This document shows positions 9,479 to 19,403 of a stretch of DNA of 64,000 nucleotides, piece after piece; positions within the stretch are counted from its first letter, which is position 1, and every line of letters starts with the position of its first letter. The translations under genes were made by a program, and so were the position numbers. Source of the DNA: an uncultured Pelagibacteraceae bacterium (GTDB lineage: Bacteria; Pseudomonadota; Alphaproteobacteria; Pelagibacterales; Pelagibacteraceae); contig CACEMG010000001.1 of NCBI GenBank assembly GCA_902560565.1, positions 166,194-230,193 of the forward strand, given 5' to 3'. The notes under the pieces are model-generated. The model did no database searches, was not told where the DNA came from, and saw only the letters and a program-made list of their open reading frames with translations.

Positions 9479-11106
9479 TTTATTCTTTCAATATCCCAAT
9501 TTATCAGAATTTCTTTTTCTAGAATTTTACCTGAAATTAATATATTTTGATTTTCAATAAATTTATTCTTATTTCCAAAGTATAATCCAGTCTCAAATGA
9601 AATCTTATTATTTAAAGATGTAAATTTCCACCCTTCATTTTTTAAACCAATATAAATTGATTTACCATCTTGAGTCTTCATTACCTTCGCTTCTGGATCT
9701 AAATGAAATCGTATTTCAAAATTAGATGGCTTAAAATTGTTTTTTTTTTCAATCATATCTGTACCTGAAAGTTTTGAAATATCGTGAAAAAATTCAATTT
9801 TTCTATGATGAATAACACCAAATTTTTTAACGTATCCGTTATGTGATGCTTCAAATGCCCAATAATCATTATTGTAAGTAATTTTTTTGTTAAAAATTTT
9901 TAATGAACTATTTATCTTATTTATTCCTGATGATTGTTTTGAAAAGCTAATTGATGATGAATTATTTATGTTTAAGCTACTATGACAGGCGGTAGACTTA
10001 GATATGAGATTTAGCTGGTGTTTATAATTTTGAAAATATCCTGAGTTACAAATTATTTTGCTGTTATTGCTTATAAATTCAAATGATAAAGCACCGGATT
10101 GATAATCTTTTGAAAATTCTTTTTCCGGGGGAGCTCCTAAATCTGCTGCTAAAGAGTACTTTTTATTTTTAAGAAAAGTATATCCCCCAGTTTCATGGCT
10201 ATCATTTTTAAAGTTATAACCTAATCTTTTTAAATAGTTATTAAAATTAGAATTATTAGTAATTTGGTTACCATTAAATAAAAAATTTAGTTCAATATTT
10301 TTGTGTATTAGTACATATGACTGACCTAGATAAAAAATAATTTCATTTAAATATTCAGGTATTTCATTTTGTGACTCTTTTAACCATTCTCTAATTAAAA
10401 CAAAATATTTTAAATAAAAAATAAGCTGTCTAATATTTCTTGACTTTGGAAATCCACCATTATCAAAAGAATGTTTTATTATTTTTCTTAATAATTTTAA
10501 TCCGTAAATTTGAAAATTTTCATCATTATAGGAAATGCCAGTGAGAATTATAGCAGAGCATCCTATCATTTTATCATCAATCCATTCTGAACGTTCTATT
10601 TCATTAATAAGATGGTTAACTTGCTTCTTTATAATTTCATCAAATTTATTTTTATATTCTTCACTACTATCTTCGTAAGATATTTTTGAGTTCGATATCC
10701 AAGAAATTATTCTTTTTGAAAGAATATCCGTTTCCCAACTTGATATATTGTAGTCAGTATTTTTATTTATCCATCGAAGAATGATAGACTGAACTTCAGT
10801 TTTGGAAGATTTTAAATCTAAAGTAAATAACCAAAAAAAACTGTGTAAATTTTTATAATCTTTTAATCGTATATTTGGATTTTCCCAAATATCATTGAGC
10901 AAGAAACTATTTATATTTTTTTTTTGTTTATTGTACTTTATTATACAATCTAGCAAACTTGGACTTGGTTTATATCTTAAACTATTTAAAGTTACCCTAG
11001 AAATTTTTTTATTATAGAGTCTTGAATTTAAGTAATATTGTCTTGCTTGGGTGATAAGAAATGTAAAAAAATCATTTAAATAGATTAATGAGTTTTTTAA
11101 AATCAT
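9475..11106 (-). CDS. Heparinase II/III-like domain protein
   Basis: LH.F.WL, R..SW, ALSFE....KIICNSG, ASHNGY, RFHL.P; usual alphaproteobacterial position beside rpe/purH. Confidence 0.75.
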   Translation of the reverse strand: MILKNSLIYLNDFFTFLITQARQYYLNSRLYNKKISRVTLNSLRYKPSPSLLDCIIKYNKQKKNINSFLLNDIWENPNIRLKDYKNLHSFFWLFTLDLKSSKTEVQSIILRWINKNTDYNISSWETDILSKRIISWISNSKISYEDSSEEYKNKFDEIIKKQVNHLINEIERSEWIDDKMIGCSAIILTGISYNDENFQIYGLKLLRKIIKHSFDNGGFPKSRNIRQLIFYLKYFVLIREWLKESQNEIPEYLNEIIFYLGQSYVLIHKNIELNFLFNGNQITNNSNFNNYLKRLGYNFKNDSHETGGYTFLKNKKYSLAADLGAPPEKEFSKDYQSGALSFEFISNNSKIICNSGYFQNYKHQLNLISKSTACHSSLNINNSSSISFSKQSSGINKINSSLKIFNKKITYNNDYWAFEASHNGYVKKFGVIHHRKIEFFHDISKLSGTDMIEKKNNFKPSNFEIRFHLDPEAKVMKTQDGKSIYIGLKNEGWKFTSLNNKISFETGLYFGNKNKFIENQNILISGKILEKEILINWDIERIK

Positions 11107-11111
11107 TTTAA

Positions 11112-11768
11112 TTAGGATCTAAGTAATTCTATATTTTTTTTTATATCTCCATTATTATCTTTAAAAATAGTTGTCCCAGAAACTAAGATATTAGCACCAG
11201 CGTCAATAACAAGTTTATTATTTTCAAAATTAATTCCTCCATCTACCTCTATTTCAAAATTAAAATTTTTTTCATCTTTAATTTTTTTTAAACTTTTGAT
11301 TTTATCTAATATTTTTGAGATAAATTTTTGTCCTCCAAACCCCGGGTATACAGTCATTACAAGAACTAGATTTATATCTTTTAAGTATTTTTCAATAGTT
11401 TCTATCTGAGTATCTGGATTAAGTGATAATCCAACTTTTTTTCCTAAACTTTTAATCAAGTCAACAGAGTCTTTTATATTTTTTGTAGCTTCCGGGTGAA
11501 TTGTTATAATATCTGCGCCAGCCTCTGAGAAATTTTTAATATATTTATGAACTGGTGATATCATTAAATGCACATCAAATGGTAAATTTGTATATTTACG
11601 AAGTGATTTTATAACAGGAGGTCCAATTGTTAAATTAGGAACGAAGTGTCCATCCATTACGTCAACATGTATCATGTCTGCCCCACCATCCTCTAGCTTT
11701 TTAATCTCTGATCCAAGCTTACTAAAGTCTCCTGCAAGAATAGAAGGTGAAATTTGTATTTTTTTCAT
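11112..11768 (-). CDS. rpe: Ribulose-phosphate 3-epimerase
   Basis: SPSIL, HVDVMDGHFVPN, DVHLM, PGFGGQ, EVDGGI. Confidence 0.97.
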   Translation of the reverse strand: MKKIQISPSILAGDFSKLGSEIKKLEDGGADMIHVDVMDGHFVPNLTIGPPVIKSLRKYTNLPFDVHLMISPVHKYIKNFSEAGADIITIHPEATKNIKDSVDLIKSLGKKVGLSLNPDTQIETIEKYLKDINLVLVMTVYPGFGGQKFISKILDKIKSLKKIKDEKNFNFEIEVDGGINFENNKLVIDAGANILVSGTTIFKDNNGDIKKNIELLRS

Positions 11769-11813
11769 TGATTGTCTTTATCTTAGTAGTATCAATTTTA
11801 TAGAAAAATAAAA

Positions 11814-12158
11814 TTATTTTTTACCAAATAAATCGTAAATCAGTCTTGATATTTCACTATCGAGTGGAAATGATAACATGCCCATCTCCCCGTATCCAAG
11901 CATAACCGGCAACAGATAAAATCTAACCATGAAAATAAACCATGCGATATATAAAGGCACAACTGCCCTTATAAGAAAGCTTGGAGTCATAAACTTGAAT
12001 AGATCTAAAATTGGGTTTGTTAATTTTACAAAAGCTTTCATAAAAAAAAACTCAGAGTCCTCTTTTTGAAAGATGTTCATGGCTGACCTTCCAATTAAAG
12101 TATACATAACAACCCCAAGTATGTAGTCAATAATGTAAACGTAAATTGGAATATCCAT
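11814..12158 (-). CDS. Small membrane protein (YggT-like) downstream of actP
   Basis: 114 aa with two hydrophobic segments flanking ..KLTNPIL.., resembling YggT. Confidence 0.6.
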   Translation of the reverse strand: MDIPIYVYIIDYILGVVMYTLIGRSAMNIFQKEDSEFFFMKAFVKLTNPILDLFKFMTPSFLIRAVVPLYIAWFIFMVRFYLLPVMLGYGEMGMLSFPLDSEISRLIYDLFGKK

Positions 12159-12184
12159 AAGGTTTGATAGGATTTAATTAATGA

Positions 12185-12210
12185 GAAGGGGCGAAAATTA
12201 TCGCCCCTTC
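12185..12210 (-). terminator. Hairpin (terminator or mRNA stabiliser) after actP
   Basis: Perfect 10-bp stem GAAGGGGCGA/TCGCCCCTTC with a 6-nt loop, 12 nt past the actP stop; the U-tail is weak. Confidence 0.7.
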
Positions 12211-12222
12211 AAAATTTTTTAC

Positions 12223-14061
12223 TTAGTGTTGTTTACCAAGTATAGTTTTACCCGTAGGTATACGAACTTCGTCTATCATTTTTTGAGTAGAGCTGTCCGG
12301 TGCTGGAGTCATTAAACTCACAACTACCATCACTACTAGACATACACTAGCCCCAATAATACCGAAACGTAAATGGTCTATACCTAACCATGCTGGATTA
12401 CCCATAAATTTAGGATAAACATAGATTAGATAAGCAGTACCTGACGCTAGACCTGTTATCATACCCGCTATTGCACCTTGTCTTGTTGCTCTCTTCCACC
12501 ATACTCCTAAAACAAGTGGGAAGAACAATCCAGACATTGCAAAGTCAAAAGCCCACGCTACAGCACCAAGGATACTTGTAATCCTCATTGATGCAATGTA
12601 AGCACCTGCAGCTCCGATAACTATTAAAAGTCCTCTAGCAACTAGCAATCTTTTTCTTACATCCGCTTTTGGATCAATGATTTTGTAGTAAACATCATGT
12701 GATAAAGCATTTGCAATTGCTAAAATCAATCCGTCAGCTGTTGACATCGCTGCAGCCATTCCTCCGGCAGCAACTAGTCCAGAAATTACATATGGTAATC
12801 CTGCAACTTCAGGAGTTGATAATACAACAACATCACCTCTCATAAACCATTCGTTCAATTGAAGAACTCCGTCTCCATTAAAGTCAGCTATGAAAGCTTG
12901 TTTCTGAGCAGTCCATGCTTGTACCCAATCAATTGACATTACAGCAGAAATATCTTTTCCAATAATCCCTGTTGCTAAATTTGGATCCATTAATGAAAGC
13001 TTAGATAATGTTGCTAGCATTGGCGCAGAAGTATAAAGCAATGCAATGAAGAATAGTGACCAAGCCACTGATTTTCTTGCAGCTTTAACGCTAGGAGTTG
13101 TGAAGTATCTCATTAAGATGTGTGGTAAAGAAGCTGTTCCTACCATCATACAAATTACTAATGAAATAAACTTCCAAGCAGCCATTCCGCCTGCTGGCAC
13201 TTCCGAGTGAGGTAATGAAATAGATTTCAATCCTCCAGGAACACCCGCAGCTTTTACATCTGCAGCAGCATTTTTGACTAAACCGAATTGAGCTTCTAGT
13301 TCGCCTAATCTCGCAACTTCTTCTCCCAACATTAAATGAGGAAAGAAACCGTATCCACCTTTATTACTTATCCAGAATATTGGCAGCAAGTAAGCTATGA
13401 TCAATACGATGTATTGAGCAACTTGTGTCCAAGTAACCGCTCTCATTCCACCTAACATTGAACATAATAAAATACTTACTAAACCAACCCATACTCCTAA
13501 TTCAAAAGGAATAGAAAGCGCTCTAGCAGCAATTGTTCCAGTCGCGTTAATCTGTGCAGTCACGTAAGTGAAAGACGCCAAAGTTAAAACTACTACAGCG
13601 CAGAACCTTGCAAGGTTTCCGCCATATCTAGTTCCAATGAAGTCTGGCACCGTGTAACATCCAAACTTTCTTAAGTAAGGTGCAAGTAACGAAGATACTA
13701 ATATATATCCTCCAGTCCACCCGATTAAGAATGCCATGTATGTATATCCACCGAAGTAAATTCCACCTGCCATAGCAACAAACGAAGCACCTGACATCCA
13801 GTCAGCTGCGGTTGCCATACCATTAAATACAGTTGGAACTGATCTTCCTGCAACATAGTACGCATCAACTTGTACAGTTCTAGACATCCATCCTATAAAA
13901 GCATAGATACAAACTGTAAAAGCAACGAACAAGATACCTATTGTTTTCGCAGTCATACCAGCTTGTTCCGCAATAGCCATCAGAATGATGAATACTAAGA
14001 ATCCACCAGTATAAGTTCCGTAAATTTTAGGTAAGTTGTCGATAAATTTTCCTTTAAACAT
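12223..14061 (-). CDS. actP: Sodium:solute symporter, ActP-like acetate/monocarboxylate permease
   Basis: NGMATAADWMSGASF, GGMRAVTWTQVAQY, GTASLPHILMRYFT. Start ATG 14061 overlaps the upstream stop (TAATG) and follows a strong SD. Confidence 0.88.
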   Translation of the reverse strand: MFKGKFIDNLPKIYGTYTGGFLVFIILMAIAEQAGMTAKTIGILFVAFTVCIYAFIGWMSRTVQVDAYYVAGRSVPTVFNGMATAADWMSGASFVAMAGGIYFGGYTYMAFLIGWTGGYILVSSLLAPYLRKFGCYTVPDFIGTRYGGNLARFCAVVVLTLASFTYVTAQINATGTIAARALSIPFELGVWVGLVSILLCSMLGGMRAVTWTQVAQYIVLIIAYLLPIFWISNKGGYGFFPHLMLGEEVARLGELEAQFGLVKNAAADVKAAGVPGGLKSISLPHSEVPAGGMAAWKFISLVICMMVGTASLPHILMRYFTTPSVKAARKSVAWSLFFIALLYTSAPMLATLSKLSLMDPNLATGIIGKDISAVMSIDWVQAWTAQKQAFIADFNGDGVLQLNEWFMRGDVVVLSTPEVAGLPYVISGLVAAGGMAAAMSTADGLILAIANALSHDVYYKIIDPKADVRKRLLVARGLLIVIGAAGAYIASMRITSILGAVAWAFDFAMSGLFFPLVLGVWWKRATRQGAIAGMITGLASGTAYLIYVYPKFMGNPAWLGIDHLRFGIIGASVCLVVMVVVSLMTPAPDSSTQKMIDEVRIPTGKTILGKQH

Positions 14062-14321
14062 TAATCGTCCTCCCCTCGTTCGGCAAAGCCGCATTCTTCA
14101 TCTATTTTTTCTTGTCTATTAGCTGACCAGAATAGGATGATCACGAAAGCCACAATCGATCCTTGTGCACACATATAGTAAGCTAAAGGGTATCCAAGAA
14201 AACTAGCTGAGTTTAAACTTTCACCAAACATGAAGATTATGTAACCGAAGAAAAACCAAAGTGCTAATGTAAGAAACATATTTCCCTTTGTTTTTTCCCA
14301 GTGTTTTTCTTTGTTTGACAT
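14061..14321 (-). CDS. DUF4212/YjcH-like small symporter subunit
   Basis: HW.KT....L.LWF, GYPLAYYM.AQGS; the usual partner upstream of actP; SD GGGAGGG. Confidence 0.85.
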   Translation of the reverse strand: MSNKEKHWEKTKGNMFLTLALWFFFGYIIFMFGESLNSASFLGYPLAYYMCAQGSIVAFVIILFWSANRQEKIDEECGFAERGEDD

Positions 14322-14429
14322 TTTTTTCCCTCCCTATAGGTTAAAAACAGGAATCATACTCATTTACTAGTTGAATGGAACCCCTAAAAATTATCACATC
14401 TACGCCAAATAAGGTGATATAACAGTTTT

Positions 14430-15056
14430 ATGAGCTCCAAATACAAGCTGAAGTTGAAAGACCTTAAGTTAGATTACATTAAGGAATACGTTTCCCCAAT
14501 ATTCAATTTTTTAAAGCCAAAGAAGAAGATAACTAACATTAGTGATCTTAAAAATTTTATTCAAAGAAAATCAGCATGGGTAAGTCAAGAAACTCTTTAT
14601 GGATACTTGAAGACTAGGATGGGAACTAAATATGTTCTTATGTTTGAAGATGAAATATTCTTAGAGTCCATAAATAAGGCTAAATGGAATATTTATTCTG
14701 AGTGTTTACAAGATCTCACTTTGTATTGTCTTTCATACTTAAAAAATAAATATAGTTTTGATCAAGTCAGTCAAGCACAAACTATCCTTGAGAATATTTT
14801 CACAGAAGAAAAATTAAATGGAATGCCCGATGAAGTTATAGAAAAATCTAAATCTAACTTTGCAAATAGAATTAATAAAGTACAATGGTCAGAATACCAT
14901 AGGAATTCACCTTTTGAAAACAGTGGTTATGCATTATACAAATGGGCTCCAATCGCGGAGGAATTAAAAAAATTAGATAAAAAAATAGTTTTAAATTCAA
15001 TACATTTAAAATGGGAAAATATTAAAAAAGAATTTTCTAATTTAATAAATCTTTAA
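14430..15056 (+). CDS. Conserved hypothetical protein
   Basis: 208 aa ORF filling the gap between the actP operon and acs ([18 protein letters not shown]); function not recognised. Confidence 0.7.
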   Translation: MSSKYKLKLKDLKLDYIKEYVSPIFNFLKPKKKITNISDLKNFIQRKSAWVSQETLYGYLKTRMGTKYVLMFEDEIFLESINKAKWNIYSECLQDLTLYCLSYLKNKYSFDQVSQAQTILENIFTEEKLNGMPDEVIEKSKSNFANRINKVQWSEYHRNSPFENSGYALYKWAPIAEELKKLDKKIVLNSIHLKWENIKKEFSNLINL

Positions 15057-17098
15057 ACATTCTTTCTATTATCTACTAATGAAGATACAACAGATGGGTC
15101 AGCAAGTGTAGTTGTATCCCCAAGCTGCTCATGTTCGTTGGCTGCAATTTTTCGCAAAATTCTTCTCATTATTTTTCCAGATCTGGTTTTTGGCAATCCA
15201 GGAGCAAATTGAATAAAGTCTGGTGTAGCAATTGGTCCTATTTGTTTTCTTACCCAAAGCTTAAGATCTCTTTCTAAGTCTCCATCCGGATTTTCTCCCG
15301 CGTTAAGAGTTACATAACAATATAAACCATTACCCTTTATGTCATGAGGGTAACCAACTACTGCAGCCTCAGCAACTTTTGGGTGAGCAACAAACGCACT
15401 TTCTATTTCTGCGGTACCTAGGTTGTGACCTGAAACAATAATAACATCATCTACTCGACCGGTAATCCAATAATAACCATCTTTGTCTCTTCTGCATCCA
15501 TCGCCAGTAAAATATTTTCCGTCAAATTGAGAAAAATAAGTATCAATAAATCTTTGGTGGTCTCCATAAACTGTTCGCATTTGACCTGGCCATGATTGAG
15601 CAATGCACAATCTACCTTTTGCTTCACCTTTGAGAACTTTACCTTCTTGATCAACGATCACTGGCTTAATCCCATAAAAAGGTTTGGTTGCTGATCCTGG
15701 TTTAAGATCTATGGCTCCTGTTTGTGGACTAATTAAAATACCACCAGTCTCAGTTTGCCACCAAGTGTCAACTATGGGGCATTTAGACTCCCCTACAGTT
15801 TTGTAATACCATTGCCAAGCTTCAGGATTAATAGGTTCACCAACAGTTCCTAATAATTTTAAAGATTTCCTAGATGTTTTTTTAACTGGTCCATCTCCCT
15901 CTCTCATCAAAGCCCTGATTGCGGTTGGAGCAGTGTAAAATATGTTTACTTTATATTTGTCAACTATTTGCCACCATCTTGATGTGTCAGGATAAGTTGG
16001 TATACCTTCAAACATAATTGTTGTAGCTCCGTTCGCGAGTGGACCGTAAATTATATAACTATGACCAGTTATCCAACCTATGTCGGCAGTGCACCAGTAG
16101 ATATCTTTTGGTTTGTAATTAAAAATATATTGGTGAGTCATTGATGCGTAAACCATGTATCCACCAGTAGTATGCAGTACACCTTTCGGCTTTCCTGTTG
16201 AGCCCGATGTGTATAATATAAACAAAGGATCTTCAGCGTTCATCTCTTCAGGTTCACAAACTGGAGATGCTGTTTTAATTATTTCGTTATACCAAACATC
16301 TCTACTTTCATCCCAATTAATTCGATTTCCAGTTCTTTTAACAACAATACATTTCTTCACATTTGGACAATGTATTAATGCTTCATCTGTTATTGACTTT
16401 AAGGGTATGGTTTTCCCACCTCTTAAACCTTCATCGGCAGTAATTACATAATCTGACTTACAATCGTTAATCCTGCCTGCAATACTGTCTGGAGAAAAAC
16501 CACCAAAAATAATTGAGTGTATAGCTCCTATGCGTGCACAGGCCAACATAGTATATGCTAATTCAGGGATCATAGTTAAATAAATTGTAACCCTATCGCC
16601 TTTCTTAATGCCTAAATCTTTTAAAGCGTTAGCAGTTTTCGAAACTTCTTGGTGTAGTTGTTTATAAGTAATTTTTTTCTGTACTTTGGGATCATCACCT
16701 ACCCAGATTATCGCAGTTTTATCTTTATTTTTTTTTAAATGTCGGTCTATACAGTTCGCAGAAGCATTTAAAGTGCCATCGTAATACCATTTAATGTTTA
16801 CATCAGTCTTACTATATTTTACATCTTTTATTTTTGTATATGGTTTTATCCAATTAATTCTTTTTCCCTCTTTTTTCCAAAACTCTTCATTTTGTTTTAC
16901 AGAAGCGTTGTATTTTTTTTCATATTGCTTTTTATTGACCAGTGCTTTTTTCTGCCAATCAGACTTAGTTTTAATTAAATCATCATTATTAACTTTTTCT
17001 TTTGAGGCTCTTAATTTATTTTTTTTCAAAGAAACTTTTTTTGATTTTTTCTTATTTTTTCTAACTTTTCTCTTTTTTTTTTTAGCTTTTTTTTTCAT
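15053..17098 (-). CDS. acs: Acetyl-CoA synthetase with Lys-rich N-terminal extension
   Basis: [33 protein letters not shown]. Confidence 0.97.
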   Translation of the reverse strand: MKKKAKKKKRKVRKNKKKSKKVSLKKNKLRASKEKVNNDDLIKTKSDWQKKALVNKKQYEKKYNASVKQNEEFWKKEGKRINWIKPYTKIKDVKYSKTDVNIKWYYDGTLNASANCIDRHLKKNKDKTAIIWVGDDPKVQKKITYKQLHQEVSKTANALKDLGIKKGDRVTIYLTMIPELAYTMLACARIGAIHSIIFGGFSPDSIAGRINDCKSDYVITADEGLRGGKTIPLKSITDEALIHCPNVKKCIVVKRTGNRINWDESRDVWYNEIIKTASPVCEPEEMNAEDPLFILYTSGSTGKPKGVLHTTGGYMVYASMTHQYIFNYKPKDIYWCTADIGWITGHSYIIYGPLANGATTIMFEGIPTYPDTSRWWQIVDKYKVNIFYTAPTAIRALMREGDGPVKKTSRKSLKLLGTVGEPINPEAWQWYYKTVGESKCPIVDTWWQTETGGILISPQTGAIDLKPGSATKPFYGIKPVIVDQEGKVLKGEAKGRLCIAQSWPGQMRTVYGDHQRFIDTYFSQFDGKYFTGDGCRRDKDGYYWITGRVDDVIIVSGHNLGTAEIESAFVAHPKVAEAAVVGYPHDIKGNGLYCYVTLNAGENPDGDLERDLKLWVRKQIGPIATPDFIQFAPGLPKTRSGKIMRRILRKIAANEHEQLGDTTTLADPSVVSSLVDNRKNV

Positions 17099-17110
17099 AA
17101 TTAATGATAT

Positions 17111-17530
17111 TTATTTATTAATATTACTAATCTTATTTATAATTTTCCAGCTTTTAGTATCTATGGGCATTACTGACAATCTGCTTTGTTTTACTAGCGA
17201 AAGTTCTTTCAAATGGCTATGTTTCTTTATGAACCCTAAAGGAACAGGTTTGGTAAATGTTTTTTTATGCTTTACTTTAATAGCAACAAAATATTTTTTT
17301 TTATCAGTTGGATCTTTAAATGCTTCTTTTACAACTTGAACAATACCAACTATTTCTTTTCCTATGTTTGAGTGGTAAAAGAAACATAAATCCCCTTCTT
17401 GCATTTTTTTTAAATTATTTGCTGCTTGATAGTTTCTCACACCGTCCCAAATTGCACCTTTTTCCCCAGCCTTTTTTTGGTTATCGATAGACCATACATC
17501 GGGTTCCGACTTAAGTAACCAGTACTTCAT
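17111..17530 (-). CDS. EVE domain protein
   Basis: YWLLKSEP, WDGVRNYQA.N, FFYHS, RLSVMP. Confidence 0.93.
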   Translation of the reverse strand: MKYWLLKSEPDVWSIDNQKKAGEKGAIWDGVRNYQAANNLKKMQEGDLCFFYHSNIGKEIVGIVQVVKEAFKDPTDKKKYFVAIKVKHKKTFTKPVPLGFIKKHSHLKELSLVKQSRLSVMPIDTKSWKIINKISNINK

Positions 17531-19399
17531 TTAAACTTCAATATTATTTTTTTTTTCACCTTTAATGTATTTTTCAAACATCAAAGAATAAGCTTTCTCT
17601 AAATTTTTTGTAAACAATTTAACATCATATAAAGATGATTTTATTTTATTTTCTAAAATTTTATTTTTTAAATCACTTAAATAATTTTTGTCGTTAGCAA
17701 TTTTATTAGCTTCTTTTTCATATTCTTCATAAGATGTGGTAATTAATTCTGGCAACATCATTGTATTTAAAAAACTTGCAGAGACTCTGCTTGTAAATGA
17801 ATTTCCAATACATGTTAAAACAGGCAAACCTATTCTTAGCACATCACTACAAGTTGAATGAGCAGTATAGGGAAAAGTATCTAAAAATAAATCTGCATGT
17901 TTTATTCTGCTTAAATGCTCATCCATAGGTGAATATTTAGCAAAAATAATTCTCTTTTCATCTACTCCTCTTTTAGAAGCTTCTAATTTAAGATTTTTGG
18001 ATGAATATTTATTAAATTCCCTTAACCAAAGAACACTATTTGAATTTTTTTTTAAAAGATTAACCCATATATTAAATATGGTAGGTGTTATTTTTTGGTG
18101 TGAGTTAAAACAACAAAAAATAAATTTCTCTTCAGGTAAATTTAGTTCTTTTCTAGAAAATTTTTTTTCTGAAATTTTTTTAATATTTTCAATCGGATGA
18201 TAAGAATTTGGCATATATAAAATTTTTTCTGAATAAAATTTTTGATTATTATCAGGTATTACTATTTTATCTGCAATAATATAGTCGATTGATTTAGATC
18301 CACTTGTTCCTGGATATCCCAAAAAATTTAATTGAATAGGTGCGCATCTTTGAGTAAAAATTCCGAATCTATTTTGTGAACCTGTGTGAGTAGTAAGATC
18401 AACAGCAATATCGATGTTTAATTCTAAAGACAGTTCTGCTACTTTTAAGTCTGTCATGGAGCTGATGTTAATAAATTTATCAAATGTATTAACAATTTTT
18501 TTATGTATTAAATCTGTTTCGTTTATATTTTCTCCAAAATAAAAACCATATATCTCAAATTTTGATTTGTCATGAGATTCAAGCATGCTAACAATAGTAT
18601 TTCCAACAGCGTGATCTCTAAAATCTGCAGAAAAATAAGCTATACGGATTTTTTTTTTATTTTTTATTAAATTATTAGGCTTTCCATCATTCGATCTAAA
18701 TTGTTTAACCCAGATTTCTGATGCTTTTTTTTGAAGATGTGGAGAATCCAATATAGTTAGCGCTGTATAAGGATAAGATATTTTTTTTTCATTTTCTAAA
18801 TTTAATTTTATGATTTCAATATCTTTTTGAAAATTTTCCCAGTCACAACACTTTGATTTTGTATTTACTATATATCCTAGTAAAAAAGGATGTTCTGAAT
18901 TTATATTGTAAGCAATTTTATAATTATCTAGGGCCTCTTCTAATCTTTCTAATTGTGACAAAATATGTGCTTTAAAAATATACCCATTAATTGAATCAGG
19001 TTTAATTTTTATGGCTTTATCATAGCTTAACAATGCATCATCATATTTATTAAGTTTGGATAATGCATTGCCTTTATTATTATGTGCATCAAAAAAGTCG
19101 GATTTAATTTCAATTGCTTTATTAAAGCATGTTATTGCTTCTTCATATTTTTTTAAATTTAAAAAAGCATTTCCTAAATTATTATACGCAAAAAAATATT
19201 TAGGATTTAATTCTACAGCTTTTTTCCATTTATTAATTGATTCATCATAATCTTTTAGTTGAAATAAAATAATTGCAAAAATATTAAAAAATTCGGAATT
19301 ATTATTATTTTGATCGTTTATCTCTATGCACTTATTTTTTGCTTCAATCAAGTTTCCTTTTTTAACTAAACTGAAAATAATATTAATATCTGGTTCCAT
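17531..19399 (-). CDS. TPR-containing O-GlcNAc transferase (GT41/SPINDLY-like)
   Basis: About 5 TPRs (AYNNLGNA, AHNNKGNA), RIAYFSADFRDHAVG, APIQ..FLGYPGT, FCCFN..QKI, DLFLDTFPY. Confidence 0.88.
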   Translation of the reverse strand: MEPDINIIFSLVKKGNLIEAKNKCIEINDQNNNNSEFFNIFAIILFQLKDYDESINKWKKAVELNPKYFFAYNNLGNAFLNLKKYEEAITCFNKAIEIKSDFFDAHNNKGNALSKLNKYDDALLSYDKAIKIKPDSINGYIFKAHILSQLERLEEALDNYKIAYNINSEHPFLLGYIVNTKSKCCDWENFQKDIEIIKLNLENEKKISYPYTALTILDSPHLQKKASEIWVKQFRSNDGKPNNLIKNKKKIRIAYFSADFRDHAVGNTIVSMLESHDKSKFEIYGFYFGENINETDLIHKKIVNTFDKFINISSMTDLKVAELSLELNIDIAVDLTTHTGSQNRFGIFTQRCAPIQLNFLGYPGTSGSKSIDYIIADKIVIPDNNQKFYSEKILYMPNSYHPIENIKKISEKKFSRKELNLPEEKFIFCCFNSHQKITPTIFNIWVNLLKKNSNSVLWLREFNKYSSKNLKLEASKRGVDEKRIIFAKYSPMDEHLSRIKHADLFLDTFPYTAHSTCSDVLRIGLPVLTCIGNSFTSRVSASFLNTMMLPELITTSYEEYEKEANKIANDKNYLSDLKNKILENKIKSSLYDVKLFTKNLEKAYSLMFEKYIKGEKKNNIEV

Positions 19400-19403
19400 A
19401 AAA

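Noticed and set aside
9475-11106. Heparinase II/III-like gene plus sulfotransferase as a sulfated-polysaccharide utilisation system
   Set aside because: The gene is a routine rpe/purH neighbour in alphaproteobacteria, has no signal peptide and is 6.5 kb from the sulfotransferase. No sugar transporter or sulfatase is present.
14062-14094. ORF-track start extensions of actP (also tas 27195 and leuB 52494)
   Set aside because: They overlap neighbouring genes; downstream ATGs match the family N-termini and coupling overlaps.
16794-17339. 181-aa Phe-rich plus-strand ORF resembling a membrane protein
   Set aside because: It is the antisense shadow of the poly-Lys codons of acs and of EVE.
17111-17530. 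EVE protein as modification-dependent anti-phage defence
   Set aside because: It is a stand-alone EVE domain with no nuclease partner, in its usual position near tsaD.
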